Shown here: positions 48,409 through 57,766 of the stretch, in pieces
Numbering within the stretch: the first letter of the stretch is position 1
How the letters are laid out: the number at the start of each line of letters is the position of its first letter
Assembly (NCBI GenBank): GCA_965216875.1
Contig: OZ244207.1
Span: forward strand, 8,200,644-8,264,643
Direction: 5' to 3'
Source of the DNA: Rubripirellula sp.
GTDB lineage: Bacteria > Planctomycetota > Planctomycetia > Pirellulales > Pirellulaceae
DNA: 64,000 nucleotides
Program-made: the position numbers and the translations under genes
The notes under the pieces: generated by a model
Told to the model about the DNA's origin: nothing
Databases searched by the model: none
The model's input: the letters and a program-made list of their open reading frames with translations, nothing else

Positions 48409-49713
48409 ATGCTCCCTGAATACCTCGTCCGCTCGAAAGTCCCGATGGGGCTGTTCTTTTGCATTGTCGCCAGCGTGATTGCGATCCCAGCCCTTGCCGA
48501 CTGGCCAAATTGGCGTGGGCCCAACGGCGACAACCACGCCAGCGATCAGACCATCGCGCCGCTACGTTGGGACCTCGATTCGGGATTGAACGTTATTTGG
48601 AAGACGCCTTTGCCGGGGCGTGGCCATTCGACCCCCGTCGTGATCGAGGACATGGTTTTCTTGACGACCAGTGACACCGAAAAGCAAACCCAGTCGCTGC
48701 TGAAGTTCAATCGAACCAATGGAAGGTTGGTCGATCAGTGGGTCCTTCATCGCGGCACCTTGCCCGAACGCATTCACTACAACAATTCACATGCTTCGCC
48801 GACTCCTGCCTACGACGGCGAAAAACTTTTCGTCGTCTTTCACACAGCGGATGCGATTTGGTTGACGGCCGTGACGACGAGCGGTCGCGAAGTGTGGAAG
48901 AAAAAGGTATGCGACTTCAAACCATCGGCGTTTCAATTCGGTTACGGCGCAAGCCCTTTGATTGAAGACGACCTTGTGATCGTTGCGGGCGAATACGACG
49001 GCGCGGCGAGTGGGCTGTACGCTCTCGACCGCAGCACCGGTAAACCGGTTTGGAACGTGCCGCGTCCCGAGAACCTTAACTTTGCTTCTCCGATCGCGGC
49101 CACGATCGCGGGGCAGCGTCAGTTGCTATTGGCGGGTGCGGACACCGTCAACGCGTATGACCCAACCACGGGGCGCAAGCTCTGGAGTGTTCGCGCTGCG
49201 ACCGAAGCGATGTGTGGCACCGCGGTCTGGGATGACCGTCGCGTTTTTGTCAGTGGCGGTAATCCGGTTGCTGGTACATGGTGCGTCGCGGCCGATGGCT
49301 CGGAGCAACTCCTTTGGGAAAAGCGGGTGATGTGCTACGAGCAATCGTTGCTGGCCTTCGACGGCTTCGTCTATGCGATTGCCGATAACGGTGTCGCCTA
49401 CTGCTGGCGAGGTCACGATGGTGTGGAAATGTGGAGCAAGCGTCTTTTCGGTGGTCGCGTCAGCGCGTCGCCGCTGCTGGTCGGTAAGCGGCTTTACATT
49501 GCTAGTGAATCGGGAACGGTGTTTGTGGTTGCCGCCTCGCCCGATCGGTTCGACTTGATTGCGGAAAACCCCTCGGGGGATTCGGTATTTGCGACTCCCG
49601 TTGCAGTGGATGACCGCCTTTATCTGCGTACAGGGGTGGGGAAAGGAGCACAGAGGCAGGAGTTCCTCGTATCGATCGGTCAGGTGAACGACCGTAGCGG
49701 GAACACCGATTGA
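48409..49713 (+). CDS. PQQ-binding-like (BamB family) beta-propeller protein
   Basis: Signal peptide then 'DWPNWRGP', 'WKTPLPGRGHSTPVV', 'ASPL', 'ATPVAV'. Confidence 0.88.
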   Translation: MLPEYLVRSKVPMGLFFCIVASVIAIPALADWPNWRGPNGDNHASDQTIAPLRWDLDSGLNVIWKTPLPGRGHSTPVVIEDMVFLTTSDTEKQTQSLLKFNRTNGRLVDQWVLHRGTLPERIHYNNSHASPTPAYDGEKLFVVFHTADAIWLTAVTTSGREVWKKKVCDFKPSAFQFGYGASPLIEDDLVIVAGEYDGAASGLYALDRSTGKPVWNVPRPENLNFASPIAATIAGQRQLLLAGADTVNAYDPTTGRKLWSVRAATEAMCGTAVWDDRRVFVSGGNPVAGTWCVAADGSEQLLWEKRVMCYEQSLLAFDGFVYAIADNGVAYCWRGHDGVEMWSKRLFGGRVSASPLLVGKRLYIASESGTVFVVAASPDRFDLIAENPSGDSVFATPVAVDDRLYLRTGVGKGAQRQEFLVSIGQVNDRSGNTD

Positions 49714-49804
49714 CTTGGGCCGGACGCTCCAAGAGATTGGGCAATTCTCCAAAGAAGAGATTTGCCTCTCGGCTGCCCCAATTGCCCTCGTCGCAGGACG
49801 GTTC

Positions 49805-51436
49805 ATGCTCGTTCGAATTGCTTGTCTTATCTTGACGCTGTTGCTCGGTTCATCGGTTGCTCTGCGAGCAGCGGACCCGGTTCACGATCCGATTCGTGCC
49901 ATGCAAAGCTTGGGGCATCAGAGCGGTAAGTCGTCTGGTGTGCACTGGGGAACGAGCAAGAAGAAATACAGCTCGTGGACCGACCATAGCAACCGATTGG
50001 TTCCGATGTACACGTTCGGAATCAATCTCGATTCACTGCGCGACGAAGGCAGTGTTTACAGCGACCCAAAGCGTCTGCAAAAGCTGTACGGGCACGTTCC
50101 CGAGGGAACGGTCAATCCGACAGCGGTCTACTACGACCAAACCGATATCTACCGCTTGCAGATGGCCGCGGTGGAGGCTGGTTATAGCAACATCATCTTG
50201 ATGGTCTTTGACGGCATGGATTGGCAGACCACTCGGGCTGCAGCGCTCTACAACAAAGGCAAGAACTACCAGAGCGGTCGTGGCACCGGCCTTTCCTTTC
50301 TTGACGAACGGCGCACCTACACTGATTTCGGTTTAGTCGTGACGAGTCCGCGATCGGACACACCGAAGTTAGACGTTGATGCACAGATGGTGCTTGATCC
50401 GCCGGCTTTGACAGGAGGCTACGACTTCCTCCGTGGTGGCGAGGCTCCATGGCATGAACGTGTGGACCACAAGTATTTGATCGGCGAAGACCGCGAGCGA
50501 CCGCACACCGTAACCGACTCGGCTGCGTCGGGGACAAGTTTGACCACCGGTATCAAGACTTACCGCGGCGCAATCAACGTCTCGCTTGATGGCCGCCACG
50601 TCATTCCGATTGCGCGTCAATTGCAAGACGAACAGGAGTTTCGGGTTGGCATCGTCACCAGTGTTCCAGTCAGTCACGCCACCACCGCGTCAGGTTACGC
50701 AAACAATGTCTTGCGAAAAGACTATCAAGACATTTCACGTGACATGCTGGGCTTGCCTTCGTCATCGCATCGCAGCAACCCACTTGCGGGTGTCGATGTT
50801 TTGATTGGAGGTGGCTGGGGCGAACATGCCGACAAGGATGAACTACAAGGCAACAACTTCCAGCCTGGCAACAAGTACCTGCATAAGAACGACATTGCTC
50901 GAGTCGACGCGAACACGGGCGGCGACTATGTCGTTGTGCAACGAAAGTCAGGTCGGTCGGGAAAAGAGCGTTTGCTTGCTGCAGCCCAGAAGGCAGCCGA
51001 TGAAGACTACCGACTACTCGGGTTCTTTGGCGCTGACGGAGGTCATCTTCCCTATCGAACCGCGAACGGCGATTACCTGCCCGCAGAGGATGGTGCTGGG
51101 CAAGAGGGCTATACCGAAGCCGACGTGATCGAGAATCCAACACTTGCCGAAATGACCCAGGCGGCATTGTTGGTGCTCGAGCAGTCGATCGAGGGCTTTT
51201 GGTTGATGGTCGAGGCAGGAGATGTTGATTGGGCAAACCATGCCAACAACATCGACAACAGCATTGGAGCTGTGCTCAGCGGCGACGAAGCGTTTCGCGT
51301 GGTGATGGATTGGATCGACGAAAACAACGCGTGGGGATACACCGCTGTCATCGTGACGGCCGACCACGGGCACTTCTTGGTGATCGATGACGCCGACAAA
51401 ATCATCGAATCGGGGGCCGCGGATCGCCGCAAATAG
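49805..51436 (+). CDS. Alkaline phosphatase (PhoA-type) with N-terminal extension
   Basis: 'ILMVFDGM', active-site 'VTDSAAS', 'SHATTA', 'MVEAGDVDWANH', 'VTADH'. Confidence 0.9.
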   Translation: MLVRIACLILTLLLGSSVALRAADPVHDPIRAMQSLGHQSGKSSGVHWGTSKKKYSSWTDHSNRLVPMYTFGINLDSLRDEGSVYSDPKRLQKLYGHVPEGTVNPTAVYYDQTDIYRLQMAAVEAGYSNIILMVFDGMDWQTTRAAALYNKGKNYQSGRGTGLSFLDERRTYTDFGLVVTSPRSDTPKLDVDAQMVLDPPALTGGYDFLRGGEAPWHERVDHKYLIGEDRERPHTVTDSAASGTSLTTGIKTYRGAINVSLDGRHVIPIARQLQDEQEFRVGIVTSVPVSHATTASGYANNVLRKDYQDISRDMLGLPSSSHRSNPLAGVDVLIGGGWGEHADKDELQGNNFQPGNKYLHKNDIARVDANTGGDYVVVQRKSGRSGKERLLAAAQKAADEDYRLLGFFGADGGHLPYRTANGDYLPAEDGAGQEGYTEADVIENPTLAEMTQAALLVLEQSIEGFWLMVEAGDVDWANHANNIDNSIGAVLSGDEAFRVVMDWIDENNAWGYTAVIVTADHGHFLVIDDADKIIESGAADRRK

Positions 51437-51704
51437 GTGATGCCCCTCGAAAACTCGACAAGCATTGCTGGCCAATGGTGCGACCAAACGTTACGCTAGA
51501 ACGGTCGTCGCACACCGGCGGTCGGGAGTTGCTTCACCGAAGAGTAACCCATGTGCCCGATCGCCGGCGTGTGACAGGTATCTGATCAAGATTTGTCACC
51601 GCGACTCTTACCACACCAAACAACCTGGGGGACGCTATTATGCGCCGCAGGTCTGTCGTGTGATGGGTTGGTGACTTGTCGAACCATTACCCACCAACCA
51701 CACC

Positions 51705-52517
51705 GTGAACTCTTCCGAGTTGCCTCCTCCAGGCCACGCAGACGCAACCGAAATCCGACTTGTCGACGATGTTGACGCCGGTGATCAAGCCGCCAAGCTG
51801 ATTCGCTGCCAGCAGATCATCGACTACGAATTCAAAGACGATGCTCTGTTGCTTGCTGCTTTGACCCATGCCTCGGGCGCTTCGCACCGCTTGGCGAGTA
51901 ACGAACGTCTCGAGTTCCTTGGCGACGCCGTGCTCGGCCTCGTCGTCTGCAAATGGCTCTACGAAGAGTATCCCGAGTACAACGAAGGTGATTTGACCAA
52001 GATCAAGTCGTCGGTTGTTAGCCGTCGCTCATGCGGCAAGGTTGCCTGCCAACTTGGGCTGGATGCCTGTCTGATCGTCGGTCGCGGAGTGACTCGCAAT
52101 CGCAGCTTCCCAAGGTCGCTTGTCAGCGATGTGTTTGAGTCCGTTGTCGCGGCGATGTACCTCGACAGTGGCTCGGAGTTGGTGACCGACCGCATCAAAC
52201 GCTGGCTCGCCGCCGAAGTTCGGTTGGCGGTCGAGAGTCAGGGGGCGGGCAACTACAAGTCGTCGCTGCAACAATATGCCCAACGTGAACTGGCAAATAC
52301 GCCGATCTACCGACTCGTTCGCGAGCAAGGGCCGGACCATCGAAAGTCCTTTTTGATCGCGGCGGTCATTGGCGACCGTCACTTTGCGCCGGCTTGGGGC
52401 AGTAACAAGAAAGATGCCGAACAGCGGGCTGCGTCCAATGCGTTGGCCGAGCTTCATGAAGAACCGCTGCCCTATCCCGAGCAGCCCGAAACCGATCCGG
52501 ACCCCGACGCAGAGTAG
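51705..52517 (+). CDS. rnc: Ribonuclease III
   Basis: 'ALTHAS', 'NERLEFLGDAVL', 'SDVFES', dsRBD 'NYKSSLQ...GPDH...KKDAEQ.AA'. Confidence 0.96.
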   Translation: MNSSELPPPGHADATEIRLVDDVDAGDQAAKLIRCQQIIDYEFKDDALLLAALTHASGASHRLASNERLEFLGDAVLGLVVCKWLYEEYPEYNEGDLTKIKSSVVSRRSCGKVACQLGLDACLIVGRGVTRNRSFPRSLVSDVFESVVAAMYLDSGSELVTDRIKRWLAAEVRLAVESQGAGNYKSSLQQYAQRELANTPIYRLVREQGPDHRKSFLIAAVIGDRHFAPAWGSNKKDAEQRAASNALAELHEEPLPYPEQPETDPDPDAE

Positions 52518-52536
52518 GGTCCGTTCACCGGACTTG

Positions 52537-52616
52537 GTTCAAAGGACGCCCCGCATCGTTCAAAGGACGCCCCGCATCGTTCAAAGGACGCCCCGCATCG
52601 TTCAAAGGACGCCCCG
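52537..52616 (+). repeat. 21-bp perfect tandem repeat (VNTR), GTTCAAAGGACGCCCCGCATC x3.8
   Basis: Copies at 52537, 52558, 52579 and 52600, between convergent rnc and trxA. Confidence 0.9.
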
Positions 52617-52740
52617 TGTCTTGGAAAGGCAGCCGGGTGAATCGTAGCTGCCTTTGCCTCGAGATGGTCTGCGAGAGTCATCGCGGTACGCCGCGTTGGT
52701 GCGGCGTCGCGACGGATTGGTTTCACGCAGTGATTGCGAA

Positions 52741-53067
52741 TCAGCCAGCCGAATCGAGGGCTTCTTGAAGGGCCGATTTCGGGCGAACACCAACAAAGCT
52801 CTCGGTCACTTCGCCACCTTTGAACACCAACAGGGTTGGGATGCTGTTGATGCCAAAGCGTTGGGCAACGCCTGGGTTGTCGTCGATGTTGACTTTGCCA
52901 ATGGTTGCGTTGGGGTTTTCACTTGCCAGCTCATCAATCATGGGAGCGATCTGGCGGCAAGGTCCGCACCAAGGTGCCCAGAAGTCAACCAAGACAGCGC
53001 CGTCGGCTTGCAGTACATCGCTGTCAAAGTTCTCGTCGTTAAACTCTTTTACGGCATCAGAAGCCAT
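52741..53067 (-). CDS. trxA: Thioredoxin
   Basis: 'VDFWAPWCGPC', 'SIPTL'; 108 aa from ATG 53067. Confidence 0.95.
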   Translation of the reverse strand: MASDAVKEFNDENFDSDVLQADGAVLVDFWAPWCGPCRQIAPMIDELASENPNATIGKVNIDDNPGVAQRFGINSIPTLLVFKGGEVTESFVGVRPKSALQEALDSAG

Positions 53068-53332
53068 TTCGAAGGTCCTTACTATGCAAAGGTTGGGTTG
53101 TTTTTGGGCATCAAATGGGGCTGTTGCGGTGAACCTCCCCTGCACTGACGCTGGGCTGCCCCGCGTCTGACAGGACATTGCCCCCGTGCTGACACTGCGT
53201 CGGAATTGTAGAACCGACTCCCGCCGTGTCAATTTGCAGGCCACAAGGGTAACGCGATCGTGCCGTTTCCAGTACCCCACGCCTAAAATGCCCCGCCGTT
53301 GACGGTGGAATCTGTCACCCCCGACTCCCACC

Positions 53333-53537
53333 CTCGTTACCCCGCTCCGCGTGGTAACGCACTCCTCCGGACGCTCCGCGTCCTCTTCGTAGGTTATGCT
53401 CCGCATGACGGGCGTCCGCGGTACGCGTCGCGCCAAGAGCCCGGCCGCTTACGCGATCGCGGCTCACAGGTGAGCCGATGGCCGGCTGGCCACGGCGTGA
53501 AAGAGCGCAAGGCCTGACGCAATCGCGTGCGGCTCAC
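53333..53537. repeat. Mixed repeat island: palindrome H (CTCGTTACCCCGCTCCGCGTGGTAACG...GGACGCTCCGCGTCC), degenerate REP D (53389-53409), family-C REPs (53443-53537)
   Basis: Visible palindromes, plus matches to D (1380, 22834) and to C-type '...CGGCTCAC' / 'GTGAGCCG' ends. Confidence 0.65.
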
Positions 53538-53558
53538 GGGAATTCTCAGCCCGGCTGC

Positions 53559-54227
53559 TTACGCCGTTTCGGCGAGCGCCGGCGCGGCGATTTCGGCAAG
53601 TTCATCCAGGATCATCGCCGTGGCTCCCCAGATTCGATGCGACCCACATTGAATCGCACTGGCTGAAAAGGCAATTTCGTCAACAAGCTGTTCGTCTTTC
53701 CGCAACGCCTTGCGTTGTGTCATGACGTGTCGATGGCGCGGATCGCACAACGTTTCCAGTGGCAACATCACCACCTCGGCAACCTCGGTCGGGTCGGGAT
53801 GCCACGGTTGGGCCGGTGCCTCGATCTCGACCACAAACGAATAAACCACGTTGTTGCTGGCGTAAACGTACTGCTTCGAAAGCTCGCCAAGTTCACGTTG
53901 GACATTTGCCACAACGCCAAGCTCTTCGTGAAATTCTCGGAGCGCTGCCTGCATCGGCGACTCGCCCGATTCAATGCGCCCGCCCGGCAATGAGATTTGC
54001 CCGCCATGATGCTGCAGCACAAATGGCCGTAGCGTCAGAGGAATCACCCATTCACCGTCTGGGTCGCGGAACATGGCGATCACAACGGCGGCATGCCTCG
54101 CATCGGACCTTTCCGGGCCTCGGTGCCGGCCATAAGAAAGCGCGGGCGATAGACGGCAAGACCGTGCCGCGTGCACCTGCGGGCGCTGGCGAGGCATTCG
54201 GTCCGCCAACCGATCAATGAACGTCAT
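53559..54227 (-). CDS. Nudix hydrolase, CoA pyrophosphatase type
   Basis: 'AAVVI', 'HGGQISLPGGRIESGE....AALREFHEELG' Nudix box, 'IWGATA'. Confidence 0.9.
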   Translation of the reverse strand: MTFIDRLADRMPRQRPQVHAARSCRLSPALSYGRHRGPERSDARHAAVVIAMFRDPDGEWVIPLTLRPFVLQHHGGQISLPGGRIESGESPMQAALREFHEELGVVANVQRELGELSKQYVYASNNVVYSFVVEIEAPAQPWHPDPTEVAEVVMLPLETLCDPRHRHVMTQRKALRKDEQLVDEIAFSASAIQCGSHRIWGATAMILDELAEIAAPALAETA

Positions 54228-54332
54228 CGTGATTCACGCTCGATCACCTCCACACTTCCAGGCTTCGTCACGCTGCCACAACCGCGTGGCAGTTAGGCTC
54301 CGTGGGATCGACCCTGGTTGTAGAGCGGCATG

Positions 54333-55082
54333 CTAGAACAAGGTTTCAAGCAGCCGTCGCAGCTTGCGCAGTTCGACACGGTGGTCGAGCCCTTCCATCG
54401 GCGTCATGTGCACCGTCAATGCGCGGTCGTATTTGTCCCGCTCGAGCTGAGTCACAAGTTTGCCGTAGTCGACTTCACCTTGGCCAACGCTGACTTGAAA
54501 CGCGTCGGGACGTGAATCGCGCAAATGACAGTTGCAAACAAACTTTAGGATCTTGTCGAGGCTTTTGCCATTGGCTTGACCGGTGATGTAAACGCTCGGG
54601 TCGAGCGTGATGCCCAGGCCGTCGACGTTGTTGCAAAGGACCATCAAGGTGTCAGGGTCCTCGCTCAAGCAACCCAGTTGGCTGCGAACGGCGACGCGAA
54701 TCCCTTCCGACTCGGCGATGCTCACTAGCTGCTGGAGCCGTTCAACTTCTTCATTAAAAGGGGTGCCCTGTTCGGCCGAAGGCACCGTCAAGTTGACCAC
54801 TTTGGTCGCTTTGGCGATGCGACAAATCCCTTTGAAGTCCTCGTAGTATTGGTCGCCAGTCGAACCAAGCTCGACGCTGTATCCCGAGATATCGAGACGA
54901 TGCGTGTGTCGCAAGAGCTGGATGCCGCGATCTGGATCGGCCAACAAGTCACTTGGTTTGACGTGCGGTGCCGACTCGTGCATCGCAATTTCCACCGCGC
55001 GAAAATCGAGGTCCTGCAGGATCTCGATCGCCTCACGCAGTTCAGTGCCGGGAAAACATTCCGTCGAAGCGGCAACAAACAC
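54333..55082 (-). CDS. Sugar phosphate isomerase/epimerase (AP endonuclease 2 TIM barrel) family
   Basis: 'GITLDPS', 'HLRD', 'GQGEVDY'. Confidence 0.7.
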   Translation of the reverse strand: MFVAASTECFPGTELREAIEILQDLDFRAVEIAMHESAPHVKPSDLLADPDRGIQLLRHTHRLDISGYSVELGSTGDQYYEDFKGICRIAKATKVVNLTVPSAEQGTPFNEEVERLQQLVSIAESEGIRVAVRSQLGCLSEDPDTLMVLCNNVDGLGITLDPSVYITGQANGKSLDKILKFVCNCHLRDSRPDAFQVSVGQGEVDYGKLVTQLERDKYDRALTVHMTPMEGLDHRVELRKLRRLLETLF

Positions 55083-55209
55083 CTTGGATTCCTTTCTTTT
55101 ACAACTCGCTGAAAAACCACTCGTTTACCAGGATCGCCACAGCTTACCGAGATACCGCGGTGCCGAAAATCCCGATTGATTTCATTAACCCGATTTCATC
55201 TTCCGTTCA

Positions 55210-55737
55210 TCACTCGCGATTGCTAGCAAACGCGACGATCCTCTTGGCCACTTCCTCGATACCAAGGGTTGCGGTGTCGATCCGCAGGTCGGCGACCTCA
55301 TCGTAAAACGGACGGCGCTGGCTCATCAGGCTTTCAATCTCGGACTCGAAATCAAGGTCGGTCAGTGCGGGCCGTCGCGACGCGGTCGAAGCGTCCGCGA
55401 GCAGGCGCTTGGCAACGGTGGCAGGATCGGCGTCAAGCCAAACGCAGGTACCGTGTTGCTTGATCCATTTGCGGTTTTCCTCTCTTAGGATGGCACCACC
55501 GCCGAGAGAGACGACTTGACCGGGCGGTGCCGTGGTTGCTTGAAGCACCTGGGTTTCGAGCTTTCGAAACGCTTCTTCGCCGCCATCGCGAAAGATCTGG
55601 TCAATCGAAATCCCAGCCTCGTGTTCAACCAAGTCATCCAAATCGACGAAATCGCACTCGAGCGATCTGGCAACAAAACTTGCCACAGACGTTTTTCCCG
55701 TCCCTCGGTAGCCGGTCAAGTAAATATGCTGGTTCAA
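55210..55737 (-). CDS. aroK: Shikimate kinase
   Basis: 'GYRGTGKTS', 'DLD', 'GEEAFR..E', 'SLGGG', 'RP.L', 'R..FY'; TTG start. Confidence 0.93.
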   Translation of the reverse strand: MNQHIYLTGYRGTGKTSVASFVARSLECDFVDLDDLVEHEAGISIDQIFRDGGEEAFRKLETQVLQATTAPPGQVVSLGGGAILREENRKWIKQHGTCVWLDADPATVAKRLLADASTASRRPALTDLDFESEIESLMSQRRPFYDEVADLRIDTATLGIEEVAKRIVAFASNRE

Positions 55738-55772
55738 TTCGAGCTTCTGAGTTCGCTGGGTTACCTTGCACC

Positions 55773-57305
55773 ATGCAAAACGAGTTTGCTGGCGACAATG
55801 CCGTCGATGCTACACGAAACGCTTCGCCAACGCGACGCTGGTCGATGCGTCTGCTGGCGATTGGCCTGAGTCTTGCTCCGCTTGTCGTGATCGAACTTTG
55901 TCTGCGTCAATTTGCGACGCTGCCGACGGTCGAGGCGGTTGATGATTCGCCGCTCGTGGACCTGCACCAGTTGCGACCTCTTTTTGTTCTCGATGAAACG
56001 GGCGAACGCTGGCAGATCCCCGAAGAACGTTTCAACTATTTCCAGCCGGCTTCTTTTTCCGCGCGCAAGCCCGCCAACGGCAAGCGGATCTTTGTCCTTG
56101 GCGGTTCGACGGTGCAAGGACGCCCCTACTCCACCGAGTCGTCCTTTTCCGCGTGGCTCAAGTTGAGGCTCGAGGCTTCCTGTCCCGCGCTCGACTATGA
56201 AGTTGTCAATTGTGGCGGTGTTTCCTATGCCAGTTACCGGGTCGCAAAGATTCTCGATGAAGTGCTCCAGTACGAGCCGGATGCGATCGTGATCTACACC
56301 GGACACAACGAATTCTTGGAAGACCGCACCTACGCCGACGTGAAAAACATGAGCACGACGCGCAAGGCGGCGACGCGACTTGGTGACCATTTGCACCTCG
56401 TTCGATGGCTCAGGCGATTGGGCAGTGATCGTTCGGCCCGGAAAGAAAGCCGTTCTGGGGCTGGTCCGCAGCAGGGCACGGTCATGGCCGAGGAAGTGGA
56501 TGCGATGCTTGATCACGAAGGCGGACTCGAGCGGTACCAGCGCGATGCTTCATGGAAAAAGGACGTTGAAGACCACTTTGCCAAAACGTTTCGCTCGATG
56601 ATCCTTCGTTGCAAAGAGGCAAAGGTTCCGCTGGTGGTCTGCGTACCGGTGAGCGATTTAATGGAGACGCCTCCCTTCAAGTCGGTCCTGGCGACGTCGA
56701 TTGCGTCGGATGAGTCACAACGTTTTGAACGCGAATGGAAGAGGGCCATTGATTCCGAGGTTGATTCCGCTGCCCGATTGATGGCGGCCGAGGCATGCCT
56801 GCAACTCGATTCGCAACATGCGGGCGCGCACTACCTTGCTGGTCGATTGGCCTATGAACTTGGCCAAAACGAAAAAGCGCTCAAGCATTTGATCGCAGCA
56901 CGTGATCATGATGTTTGTCCGCTTCGCGCCACCACAACCATCGTCAATGCCGTCGTCGACACCTCGAGCGAATTCGACGTTCCCGTCGTCGACGTGCGCG
57001 GAGAATTCGATCGTCGCAATCGGAATCAGTTGGCGATCCCCGATGGTCTCGTCGACCGCGAGATGTTTTTGGATCACGTTCACCCGACGATTGCGGGGCA
57101 CCAACGAATCGCAACGCAAATCTCCAAAACCCTGATGCAGCTGTCGTGGTGCGACGCGACCGGCGACGCGGCCCAGCGCTACCGGTCGGCAGCGACCGAG
57201 CACGCGAAAACACTTGATGAAACCTATCGCCAAGAGGGGCGTCAACGGTTGCAGGGCCTCAAACAATGGGCCGCCGGCCGAGCTGGCAAGCTCGGAATCG
57301 ACTGA
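55773..57305 (+). CDS. Membrane-anchored SGNH/GDSL hydrolase-like protein with TPR
   Basis: 'VLGGST', 'NCGGVSYAS', 'YTGHNE', 'DHVHP'; TPR 'AHYLAGRLAY'. Confidence 0.8.
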   Translation: MQNEFAGDNAVDATRNASPTRRWSMRLLAIGLSLAPLVVIELCLRQFATLPTVEAVDDSPLVDLHQLRPLFVLDETGERWQIPEERFNYFQPASFSARKPANGKRIFVLGGSTVQGRPYSTESSFSAWLKLRLEASCPALDYEVVNCGGVSYASYRVAKILDEVLQYEPDAIVIYTGHNEFLEDRTYADVKNMSTTRKAATRLGDHLHLVRWLRRLGSDRSARKESRSGAGPQQGTVMAEEVDAMLDHEGGLERYQRDASWKKDVEDHFAKTFRSMILRCKEAKVPLVVCVPVSDLMETPPFKSVLATSIASDESQRFEREWKRAIDSEVDSAARLMAAEACLQLDSQHAGAHYLAGRLAYELGQNEKALKHLIAARDHDVCPLRATTTIVNAVVDTSSEFDVPVVDVRGEFDRRNRNQLAIPDGLVDREMFLDHVHPTIAGHQRIATQISKTLMQLSWCDATGDAAQRYRSAATEHAKTLDETYRQEGRQRLQGLKQWAAGRAGKLGID

Positions 57306-57328
57306 TGCAAAGTGAATCGCGCATGCGA

Positions 57329-57685
57329 CTGGCCTTTATCCTTCACCGTAGCTACGCTCGCCAGAGCGTGGCGTGGTGGGCAGCGGCCAGCCAAAGCATC
57401 CACCTTCTGGCGAAGGTAGCTACGAATGTCAAACAGTGTGCCGGGAACCACACAAGCGGCTGGCCTTTATCCTTCACCGTAGCTACGCTCGCCAGAGCGT
57501 GGGGTGGTGGGCAGCGGTCAGCCGAAGCATCCACCTTCTGGCGAAGGTAGCTACGAATGTCAAACAGTGTGCCGGGGACCACGCAAGCGGCTGGCCCTTA
57601 CCCTTACCGCAGCTACGCTCGCCAGAGCGTGGGGTGGTGGGCAGCGGTCAGCCAAAGCATCCACCTTCTGGCGAAGGTAGCTACG
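57329..57685. repeat. Three tandem ~131-bp units, each containing a family-E REPIN (GTAGCTACGCTCGCCAGAGCGTGG...CCACCTTCTGGCGAAGGTAGCTAC)
   Basis: Heads at 57348, 57479 and 57609; inverted partners end near 57423, 57554 and 57684; linkers nearly identical. Confidence 0.92.
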
Positions 57686-57766
57686 ACTGACGCTCCATCC
57701 CGCCGGCGAAACCCATTAAATTGGCACGCTCATCCTCTGATCCAAAACATGCATCCTGAGAGTCCA

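Noticed and set aside
53068..53436. N-terminal extension of thioredoxin (231-aa ORF)
   Set aside because: The extension runs through repeat-containing intergenic DNA; the canonical 108-aa TrxA starts at 53067.
57329..57685. CRISPR array or coding repeat (N-terminal extension of ORF 57557-59884)
   Set aside because: Spacers are near-identical and the structure is an inverted REP pair; the peptidase signal peptide begins at ATG 57767.
57721..57737. Sigma-54 promoter (TTGGCACG) upstream of the S46 peptidase
   Set aside because: The -12 TTGC element is absent at the required spacing; the same applies to TGGCACG near 39989.
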